Of a stretch of 64,000 bases of DNA, positions 56,766-64,000 are shown one piece after another. Position 1 is the first letter of the stretch. Every line of letters starts with the position of its first letter. This DNA is from an uncultured virus (IMG/VR IMGVR_UViG_3300005573_001079) (lineage: Duplodnaviria; Heunggongvirae; Uroviricota; Caudoviricetes). The notes below the pieces were generated by a model. It made no database searches, was not told where the DNA came from, and was given only the letters and a program-made list of their open reading frames with translations. The stretch lies in IMG/VR virus record IMGVR_UViG_3300005573_001079, positions 1 through 64,000 of that record; one strand, 5' to 3'. The position numbers were made by a program, and so were the translations under genes.

Positions 56766-57022
56766 TATATCCATAAAGATAACCCATCTCTTTTAGTAGA
56801 ATCTAAAGACTCTTCTTCTTTATCTTTTTTATCTATAAAAGGACGATTTAACATATCAGTATTCCAAGGTTGCTTAAAGTCTAAAGAATCCAAAGCAGTT
56901 CCTTCTCCTTCCCCCGGCTCGTTTATATTTAACTGTTGTCCTCGTTCTTTATCATAATCAAAAAAGATATCTTTATAAGACCTTTTTCTTGTAGCAACTA
57001 TATTAAATCTTAAATCCTTCAT
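56765..57022 (-). CDS. Hypothetical protein
   Basis: ATGA overlap with the methyltransferase stop; AGGAGG RBS. Confidence 0.65.
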   Translation of the reverse strand: MKDLRFNIVATRKRSYKDIFFDYDKERGQQLNINEPGEGEGTALDSLDFKQPWNTDMLNRPFIDKKDKEEESLDSTKRDGLSLWI

Positions 57023-57693
57023 TCATCCTCCTTAAACTTATACAAAAATAAAGTAAAATCATCTATAGCATAATTGTCTTTCAAAACAACTTTATAAGTT
57101 ATTTCTTTTTTAACAAGTTCATAAACATCATTTGGATTATTATATCTTAAAGTAGGATAATTATAATGATTATTCTTTTTTAAAAAGTTAACACCTACTC
57201 CAGAAGTACAAATACGATACATTTCTTTTAACATATCTCTAACATAATCCTCCCAATCATCCCCATCAAATGCAAAAATACCACTCGCAAAAACATAATC
57301 AAAAGAATGAGAAGGTAATGGATCTATTAAAATATCTCTTTTTTCAAAAGTAACGTTCTTAACTAAATTAAACAAATTTTTTGCTTTTTTTATAACCTCT
57401 TCATTAATATCTACTCCGTGGTACTTCTTTACGTTAATATTTTTTTCTTTCAAAAAAGAAAAGAAACTTCCCCATCCGCACCCTACATCTAAAATTGTTT
57501 TGTTATTTAAGTCTCCAATCTTTATTAAGGTCTCAAATCTTGATTCTTGTGCTCTTTTTCCAGACCAAAAAATACTATAGTCTTTATTAAAAACTTTTGA
57601 TCTTTTTTCATAAGCAATCAAATTGTTTAATTTATAATGATCATACTTACCACTATTTTCTGTCACTTTATTCCAAGCAAGTTTTGAATTCAT
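57019..57693 (-). CDS. Class I SAM-dependent methyltransferase
   Basis: ILDVGCGWG motif I, YHGVDI, FDYVFASGIF. Confidence 0.88.
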   Translation of the reverse strand: MNSKLAWNKVTENSGKYDHYKLNNLIAYEKRSKVFNKDYSIFWSGKRAQESRFETLIKIGDLNNKTILDVGCGWGSFFSFLKEKNINVKKYHGVDINEEVIKKAKNLFNLVKNVTFEKRDILIDPLPSHSFDYVFASGIFAFDGDDWEDYVRDMLKEMYRICTSGVGVNFLKKNNHYNYPTLRYNNPNDVYELVKKEITYKVVLKDNYAIDDFTLFLYKFKEDE

Positions 57694-57977
57694 TGAGAAT
57701 TACCCTCTTTTTGATCAAGTGAAGATTGTAAAGTTGAGTCTTCTAAGGACTGTTTGAACCTCAAAACAAAATCTTCTATAAATTCTTTTTTTACAAAAAA
57801 AACACCGTCGTTAAGTTCTATAGAATTATTCTTAAAAATTCCAGTAGCAACAACTATTACTTCTTCTCCTTGTTCAAAAGGTTTTAAACTTTCAACACAT
57901 AAAGACTCTTTATAACTCAAATCAACAAACTTAATATCATCCAAATATACTTTATTTACATTACCAGTAATTTCCAT
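57690..57977 (-). CDS. Hypothetical protein
   Basis: Intact ORF with GAGG RBS, coupled to its neighbours. Confidence 0.6.
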   Translation of the reverse strand: MEITGNVNKVYLDDIKFVDLSYKESLCVESLKPFEQGEEVIVVATGIFKNNSIELNDGVFFVKKEFIEDFVLRFKQSLEDSTLQSSLDQKEGNSQ

Positions 57978-57979
57978 AA

Positions 57980-58753
57980 TTACCTCTCTTTTTTATATTG
58001 ATATAAAATATTAAAGTCATAATAAATTCCAGCATAAACATTTCTTTGAACAAAATCATATCCTAAATAAAAATTTCTATAATACCCCTCCATTCCTAAA
58101 GAAAATTGAGAGTTGTAGTTATTAAAGCTCGATAAAGTTTGTACATATGCTCTTAACTTCAAGATTGGCTCCTTTACAAGAACTTCAGAAAGTTGATTTT
58201 GAACATAAAAAGCAGAATCAATAGAATAATCAACATTTATTTTTACTCCGGGAGTAAGTGATTTTGTAAAAATTTTCCACATATTATCTTTATCTCTATA
58301 CAACTCAGATTTAACAAAAATAGGATCAAATACAAAAGATATTTGATACATACTCTTATCAGTATCAAAAAAATAACGAGTAAATCCACTATATTTTACA
58401 ATAGATTGTTTACCAGAAAAAGGTACTTCTATATATGTACTGTCTTTAATTGGAGTTGTGTATTGACTTGCATGTAAACTATCAAACAACAATTTCAAAT
58501 AAAAAGCTTGGGTCAAATATTTACCCTCAATACTTTGAGTTTTTAAATTAAGATTTTTAACTTGTCCAATAAGTACTTGTATAGAATCTTCTTTTTGAGA
58601 CAAAATATTACTATAATATTGAGTATTTTGAGACATGATTAAAGAAAAAGAGCTCAACTCTTTAGTAACTTTTTGATACTTATTATAAAATATTATAAAA
58701 CTCACTAACAACAATGAGCAAATTGTTATAAGTACAATATTAGTCTTCTGCAT
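57980..58753 (-). CDS. Membrane-anchored protein (N-terminal TM, coiled coil, beta-rich C-terminus), possibly spanin-like
   Basis: IVLITICSLLLVSFIIFY anchor and amphipathic beta strands at the C-terminus. Confidence 0.5.
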   Translation of the reverse strand: MQKTNIVLITICSLLLVSFIIFYNKYQKVTKELSSFSLIMSQNTQYYSNILSQKEDSIQVLIGQVKNLNLKTQSIEGKYLTQAFYLKLLFDSLHASQYTTPIKDSTYIEVPFSGKQSIVKYSGFTRYFFDTDKSMYQISFVFDPIFVKSELYRDKDNMWKIFTKSLTPGVKINVDYSIDSAFYVQNQLSEVLVKEPILKLRAYVQTLSSFNNYNSQFSLGMEGYYRNFYLGYDFVQRNVYAGIYYDFNILYQYKKER

Positions 58754-59039
58754 ACGTTACCTCTTTTAATATGCAAAAATTAGGTATATACTCTAATCCA
58801 TATGCACCTCCACCTAAGTTAATCAAATTTTTACGTACATCTTTAAAAGAAACTCTTACTTGCAATATCTTATTATCTTTATTAACTAATGAAAAAGGAA
58901 TTGACATTATTGAGTTCCAAAGAATTACATGAGTTGGAGATAAGTCTTGATCTTCGGGAAAGATCCCCATTCTAACATCCAGATCTTTCCTAACAATTGT
59001 ATAAAGATCTTCATTATATAAATCTGCAGTTCTCTTCAT
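58740..59039 (-). CDS. Hypothetical protein
   Basis: Intact 99-aa ORF in the operon. Confidence 0.6.
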   Translation of the reverse strand: MKRTADLYNEDLYTIVRKDLDVRMGIFPEDQDLSPTHVILWNSIMSIPFSLVNKDNKILQVRVSFKDVRKNLINLGGGAYGLEYIPNFCILKEVTYAED

Positions 59040-59047
59040 TATTTAAA

Positions 59048-59605
59048 TTATTTAAATAACCCTAAAACTTCTGTTATATAAAATGAGTCTTCTTTAACTA
59101 CTATCATAGGAGGTTTAAGTATTCTTATCTTCATTCCTTCTCTAATAATCTTACTCTCTTTTTCAACTAAATCTCTAACGGAGTTATCAATGCTCCCAGG
59201 ACGTGAAATTTGATAACTATTTGTAGATACAACATATTCTTCCATTTCATTAACATTAGAACTATTGTCAAAAACAACTCTATAAGTATTTCGAAGAGAT
59301 TCTACAGTTTCTGGAGTTACAACACTATACAAATCCTCCGTTATTTCTTTTTCTTCTAGAGAAATTATACCTTGCTTAGAAGGTTTTTGCGCTTTCTCAT
59401 TTTCTACATTTTTGATCTCTTCGTCCTCTATAGTTTGAGTCTTCTCATTTTGAGCTGAAAATTCATTCTGAGTTTTTTCGTCTTTTTCTTTCGAAAAGAA
59501 AAGCAAAACAACATCGTAATCTTTAAACTTATTTTGAGAAAACTCCCAAAAATCTGATTCAAAAGTAATTACTTCACCGTCTGGTTTTAAAATTCCAATT
59601 TTCAT
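59048..59605 (-). CDS. Hypothetical protein
   Basis: Intact 185-aa ORF, GAGG RBS, upstream CTATATATTA motif. Confidence 0.65.
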   Translation of the reverse strand: MKIGILKPDGEVITFESDFWEFSQNKFKDYDVVLLFFSKEKDEKTQNEFSAQNEKTQTIEDEEIKNVENEKAQKPSKQGIISLEEKEITEDLYSVVTPETVESLRNTYRVVFDNSSNVNEMEEYVVSTNSYQISRPGSIDNSVRDLVEKESKIIREGMKIRILKPPMIVVKEDSFYITEVLGLFK

Positions 59606-59618
59606 AATTACCTCATAT

Positions 59619-59628
59619 TAATATATAG
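59619..59628 (-). promoter_or_regulatory. Putative late promoter motif CTATATATTA
   Basis: Same motif upstream of the 59605 start. Confidence 0.5.
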
Positions 59629-59634
59629 GATATT

Positions 59635-59928
59635 TTATCCAATAATTTGACCATTTATCTTTATTGGCCACGGATGTGGAGGATAAAATGGAACATCTAA
59701 AATCTGAATAGAATCTATATTAGAAATTAAGAACTGCCTGATATTATCGTTTGAATTTACATCCCATCCCCATACACAGGGTTCTCCTGCTTTATTATAC
59801 CCAATCTCATAAATGCCACACACGTGAGTAACTGCTTCTCCAGTAGTCTTCTTCGTATAATTAATTACAACCTGTAATTTATTGGCAGTTGCTTTTTCTA
59901 AAGCAGCTAAATCTTGAGAGGTTAACAT
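59635..59928 (-). CDS. Stand-alone WYL-like (SH3/Sm fold) domain protein
   Basis: VVINYTKKTTGE...YEIG...VWGWD...IRQFLISNI matches the WYL pattern. Confidence 0.6.
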   Translation of the reverse strand: MLTSQDLAALEKATANKLQVVINYTKKTTGEAVTHVCGIYEIGYNKAGEPCVWGWDVNSNDNIRQFLISNIDSIQILDVPFYPPHPWPIKINGQIIG

Positions 59929-59963
59929 ACGTTATTCTCCTTTCTTTCTTTTCGATTTTTTTT

Positions 59964-60239
59964 TCAAAAAATAGAAATAAATATACGTACAATACGAACT
60001 ATTAATGCAATATACACTGGTATAGATATTATAGTTAACATTAAATAAAGAAATTTACCAGTATCAACATACTTTGAAAAAACTTTGTTCGAAACAAGTA
60101 AAATTATACCAAAAAGTGAAAGATTTAATTCAGAAAGAATATAAATAAGGTATATAATTAACGGCACATAAGTATAAATTGCTAACCCTATTCCTGCAGA
60201 TCTTAAAATTTCACTTAATAAATTTTCTTCCTGTTCCAT
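59964..60239 (-). CDS. Small membrane protein
   Basis: Two to three hydrophobic segments. Confidence 0.6.
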   Translation of the reverse strand: MEQEENLLSEILRSAGIGLAIYTYVPLIIYLIYILSELNLSLFGIILLVSNKVFSKYVDTGKFLYLMLTIISIPVYIALIVRIVRIFISIF

Positions 60240-60275
60240 AAGTTTTTCCTTATTTTTTTTATATATAATACAAAA

Positions 60276-62147
60276 CTAATGAATTCTCTTCGCCATTAAA
60301 GGTTTAGGTAATTTTTTTAATTGAAACGGTCTTACTCCATAATGTCTTAATTGGCGAATACTCTCGTGAGTAGGAGTAGAAATAAGACATAATCTATGAA
60401 CTAAATTAGCAGTAACATCTGCAAAATCATCATGCTGAACAGGTCCTGTAGAAGGATGATGGTAAAATGTTTTGTTTCCTTGAATAACTCGTTGTAAATA
60501 CTTGAGTTCCAACTTCCATCTCTCTACCCACCCCTCTTCATCAATACCATAAATCCTAACCTGTCCTAATGCTAGTTTTTCTAAAAAATCTCCATACATA
60601 TCTGCTTTGTAACCAGCAGTAAAAGTAGTTTCAATAGCAGGAAGTCCTAAGCTTTGTAAAATTGCAACCGGAGAAGTAGAATCAAATTGGTCATAAACAA
60701 TTTCATGTATAAAATTTTTCCCTCCTAAATCATCTACTAAATTTAAAATAAAATTTATTACATCATTAGGATCAACAGAATGCCTAATATATTGACCTCC
60801 TTCATATCTTGTCGTAGAATCAAATCCTTTTAACCCATCAATATAATATATCAAGTTCTTTTCTTCTGTCACATCTTCGTTTAAAACTCCTTCAACATGT
60901 CCCCATGCAATTGCATAAGTATCAGATGTTTTTTGTTTAGACTTACCACCAGGGTCTACAGATATTACATATTTTAGTCTTTTAGGATTACTACGTACGA
61001 TAGTTATAGACTTTTGAATTGCATTTTCTATCCATTGTTCTTGAATACTAGACCCTGCAGGATTTCCAAAGTGTGCCCCGTATTCCATTTGAGCTCCTAT
61101 AGGGTCTTTTCTAAAGTCATCTACAAAATCACTAAAAGTAAATGTTTCAAAACGAGCTTGCCATGTTGATAGTTGAATAAGTGCATAAGAAGGATCAGGA
61201 ATGACACTTTCAAAATTCTCTTGTTCCATCCCTCCCGCAATACAATATTGATTATAAAACTCCCCTCCTTTGTCTCTGGGAGAAGATTCTATTAACACTT
61301 TACCATCTTCTTTAAAATCTTTGGTAGAGGGTACAAAAGCCTTCCATATAGCATAATCTGTCTTAGGATTCTCAAATAAAATAGAATCTTCTACATTACG
61401 TAATTTTGGTCTTTCAAAATGTGCGAACTCTGATAACATTAAAGTTTTTATTGATTTACCTCTATGAGTAGCAGCAGACGTAGTAACAGACTCGATCATA
61501 ATACTACCCGGTAATAAGGACGCTCTTTGTATTCCAGATCCTCTCTTTATTAAACTATTCTTATATTTTATTTCATCATTAAGCCTCAAATCATAAGGAG
61601 TAAATAATCTTAATTCTGTAGTACTATCTTTATCAAAATCTATATATGGTTCAAAAAATGAATTCTTTCTTATATTATTCTTAGTCAAAGCAAAAACATC
61701 TTCTGCTTGGGATCCTGCGGCGGCAACGTGCATTATAGTTATTGTGTGTCTATCTCTAATACCATAATACTCTTGAGGATTCCCTTTGCAAATCAAACTA
61801 TATGCTTCATAAGTTGCAATAAAAGAAATTGTAGTAGATTTTGTAGATCTTCTTCCTAAAACTAAAACTAAAAACTTTATAGGTGTTTTTCGATGTAAAT
61901 CTATATTTATTCTCCACTCATTTTTTAAAATATCTAAAATTTTTTGTTCTTCTTTATCGGGGGGGTAAATTTCCCATAAATTATAAAAAGTCTTAATAAT
62001 TACTCTTTGTACGGGAATTAGATCTTCGTTTTGGTACTCTGAAGAAGTAAGAAAAGTTAGAGCATCTACTTGTTTTTTAGGAACATAATCTTTTACAACT
62101 TTAGTAATAATTTCATTAGAATATGTTTGAAACAATAATTCACTCAT
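60276..62147 (-). CDS. terL: Terminase large subunit
   Basis: Walker A-like LVLGRRSTKST, Walker B-like LMLSE, ESSP coupling motif, MEYGAHF, and RNase H-like nuclease VDPG...YDQF...HDDFAD. Confidence 0.88.
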   Translation of the reverse strand: MSELLFQTYSNEIITKVVKDYVPKKQVDALTFLTSSEYQNEDLIPVQRVIIKTFYNLWEIYPPDKEEQKILDILKNEWRINIDLHRKTPIKFLVLVLGRRSTKSTTISFIATYEAYSLICKGNPQEYYGIRDRHTITIMHVAAAGSQAEDVFALTKNNIRKNSFFEPYIDFDKDSTTELRLFTPYDLRLNDEIKYKNSLIKRGSGIQRASLLPGSIMIESVTTSAATHRGKSIKTLMLSEFAHFERPKLRNVEDSILFENPKTDYAIWKAFVPSTKDFKEDGKVLIESSPRDKGGEFYNQYCIAGGMEQENFESVIPDPSYALIQLSTWQARFETFTFSDFVDDFRKDPIGAQMEYGAHFGNPAGSSIQEQWIENAIQKSITIVRSNPKRLKYVISVDPGGKSKQKTSDTYAIAWGHVEGVLNEDVTEEKNLIYYIDGLKGFDSTTRYEGGQYIRHSVDPNDVINFILNLVDDLGGKNFIHEIVYDQFDSTSPVAILQSLGLPAIETTFTAGYKADMYGDFLEKLALGQVRIYGIDEEGWVERWKLELKYLQRVIQGNKTFYHHPSTGPVQHDDFADVTANLVHRLCLISTPTHESIRQLRHYGVRPFQLKKLPKPLMAKRIH

Positions 62148-63697
62148 TATATTAAACTATGAACAAAATCAATAACAATGTTTTTCGCCTGATCATCTAA
62201 TAAACTGTCTGAGTTATCGTATATTTGAGTCTCCCCTCGAGGGTCTACAACAACTGCAAAATTTGATAGGTCATATCTTAGTCCACGTGTACCCTTAGAA
62301 GATCTAAAAAGATTTTTTTCAATTAGGAGTTGTTTTAATTGATCTAAAACTTTAGGATCTTTAATATGAACATAGTATAAAGTATTTCTTAAACGCACTC
62401 TATAATTATTCCAAAAACCGGAGTTGCCATGAGTAGTACACCAAGAACACTCCCCTCGTTTAGGATTTACAAAGTATCTAAATCCTAACTTTCTAGATGC
62501 TTCATGTGTATAAGGAACAACTATAAGTACTTTGTCATTATCTGCAATAACATCATAATCATTTTCTAATTCTTTTACAGTAACAAACTTACGATTCCTT
62601 TGTTCTTCCATGTAATTCTTAAAATCATCATATGACTCAAATCTATTAATATCCTTAACCTCGGAAATATTTCTATTAGAAATTATGAAAAATTCTTCTA
62701 TATAATTACGTAATTCTTCTAAATCTAAATTAGGATTTTTTATGTACATCTTAACCATCCAATCCAAATACTTCTTAGTAGAAGATGGATCTATAGATTT
62801 TAATTGTTGTACTACCTCAGGAGAGATTTGACCTTTCGAAAGCATTAATTTTGTATAATCCCCAGAAAACTTAAAAATTTGAGTTTCTTCAGAATTAAGA
62901 CTACCAACTCTAAAGCGAGATGGGTCTTTAGGTCTTACTTCTCCAATATCCGACTTCTTTAAAGAAGGTTGTCTTTCAAATAAATAAGGTTCCTTTTCAA
63001 GTTTTTTAACATAAGTTTCTTCAAAAGGATACTCTACTCCAGACGAAACTTTAAATACTTTTGGATAAATTATCTTGCCTTCTGGAGTAATTCCAACTAT
63101 TGCAGTAGCTCTTGCTTTCAATCCTTTTCCATATTTCCACTCTAACTCAAATTCTAAGTTGTTCAAAGTAGATAAATCATTCCCTGCTTCTTTGGAATAT
63201 TCTCCTCTTTTATATCTTGCAATACACTGAGTCATTCCTTTATTTTTCGCAAAATCAGCTAATTTTTCGGAAACATTATATACTACTCTTCTGTCAAGAA
63301 ATGTATTATAAGTACCTTTAGCATTTGCATCTTTTCTAAGAAGATCTACATTTTTAGTTTGCAAAATTTCTCTAGTACTTGTTTTAGAAGGAACTTTCAA
63401 GACTTTATCATATGAAACTAATTCTGTACCACAATCTGGACAAGTAGGTATAAATTCTTTATTAGCTTTACTTGCTAAATTTTTCTGTTTTTGAAGTTTT
63501 TGATTTCCTAAAGAAATTACCTTATTACAATCTGTACAAAATAATTTTGTAGTAACTACTTCCGTAGAAGAAGTTTTTACCATTTTGTCAACAATCTGTT
63601 TTTCTTTATTACTAACTTCTATTACTTCCTTGATATCAACCCATTCAGGAAGTTCTTTTTTTACATTGCTATTAATCGTTGGAATTATTCTTGTCAT
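62147..63697 (-). CDS. Two-part hypothetical protein (zinc ribbon domain plus DP..KY..W / KDIN / WCTT domain)
   Basis: CTDC...CPDC in the N-half. IDPSSTKKYLDW...KDINRF...PYTHEASRKLG...WCTT...FWNNY in the C-half. Confidence 0.6.
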   Translation of the reverse strand: MTRIIPTINSNVKKELPEWVDIKEVIEVSNKEKQIVDKMVKTSSTEVVTTKLFCTDCNKVISLGNQKLQKQKNLASKANKEFIPTCPDCGTELVSYDKVLKVPSKTSTREILQTKNVDLLRKDANAKGTYNTFLDRRVVYNVSEKLADFAKNKGMTQCIARYKRGEYSKEAGNDLSTLNNLEFELEWKYGKGLKARATAIVGITPEGKIIYPKVFKVSSGVEYPFEETYVKKLEKEPYLFERQPSLKKSDIGEVRPKDPSRFRVGSLNSEETQIFKFSGDYTKLMLSKGQISPEVVQQLKSIDPSSTKKYLDWMVKMYIKNPNLDLEELRNYIEEFFIISNRNISEVKDINRFESYDDFKNYMEEQRNRKFVTVKELENDYDVIADNDKVLIVVPYTHEASRKLGFRYFVNPKRGECSWCTTHGNSGFWNNYRVRLRNTLYYVHIKDPKVLDQLKQLLIEKNLFRSSKGTRGLRYDLSNFAVVVDPRGETQIYDNSDSLLDDQAKNIVIDFVHSLI

Positions 63698-63720
63698 CTC
63701 TTAAACCCCATTTTTTTTAT

Positions 63721-63972
63721 TTAAATCTTAGAATTAATATCTTTTAATTTCTCTACAATGTCTATAGTCTCTTTCAAAATATCAAAAAGCATTTTATCTT
63801 CATATACACTATCATCAGCAGAGGTAGAAATTTTTTTCTTTTGTACTTCTGAAACTGGATACTTATATAAAAATCTTTCTAACACTAACTTAGTATTTTC
63901 TCCTTCTATAAGAGCCTTTATTTTATTAATTTCTTCTACAATTTTAGGATTAATCTCTTGAGCTTTTTTCAA
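63721..63972 (-). CDS. Hypothetical protein (start uncertain, near window edge)
   Basis: 83-aa ORF on the coding strand with TTG start. Confidence 0.5.
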   Translation of the reverse strand: MKKAQEINPKIVEEINKIKALIEGENTKLVLERFLYKYPVSEVQKKKISTSADDSVYEDKMLFDILKETIDIVEKLKDINSKI

Positions 63973-64000
63973 AATTTGTGCTAACGTTGCGGATGGGGCA

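Noticed and set aside
60276..62147. Intein or intron in terminase, portal or capsid genes
   Set aside because: Lengths are ordinary, motifs are contiguous, and no intein splice-junction or homing endonuclease motifs were seen.
1079..63961. All plus-strand ORFs in the track (e.g. 1079..1402, 9598..9834, 23249..23533, 48415..48789, 52926..53225)
   Set aside because: They are short antisense shadows of long minus-strand genes, with S/F/L-biased composition and no recognisable motifs.
1..64000. Stop-codon reassignment, as seen in some large phages
   Set aside because: Standard-code ORFs tile the window densely, core genes are unbroken, and TAA, TAG and TGA all end genes.

Overview
This AT-rich window is the virion morphogenesis region of a large contractile-tailed (myovirus-type, probably jumbo) bacteriophage. 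Essentially all real genes lie on the minus strand and read in the standard code. In transcription order (right to left) it holds: large terminase, accessory genes (WYL-like, SAM methyltransferase, metallophosphoesterase), portal, prohead protease, scaffold, capsid cement, major capsid protein, neck, lysis genes (M15 peptidase, holin-like), fibre and beta-propeller proteins, tail sheath, tube, chaperones, tape measure, baseplate hub, spike and a fibre gene cut by the window edge. The standout is a ~14.8 kb array (15029-29827) between sheath and tube. It contains 20 intact, overlapping paralogous genes (21 units) built from a constant N-cap, a variable number of 20-aa leucine-rich repeats with hypervariable aromatic-rich positions, and a constant C-cap. 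The sequence directly shows mosaic exchange between distant members, repeat gain, an in-frame fusion, a zero-repeat leader unit, a terminal stub and a decayed orphan copy 20 kb away. It resembles a phage-encoded, recombination-diversified repertoire of binding proteins. All functional calls come from motif recognition and synteny by eye; no database searches were run.
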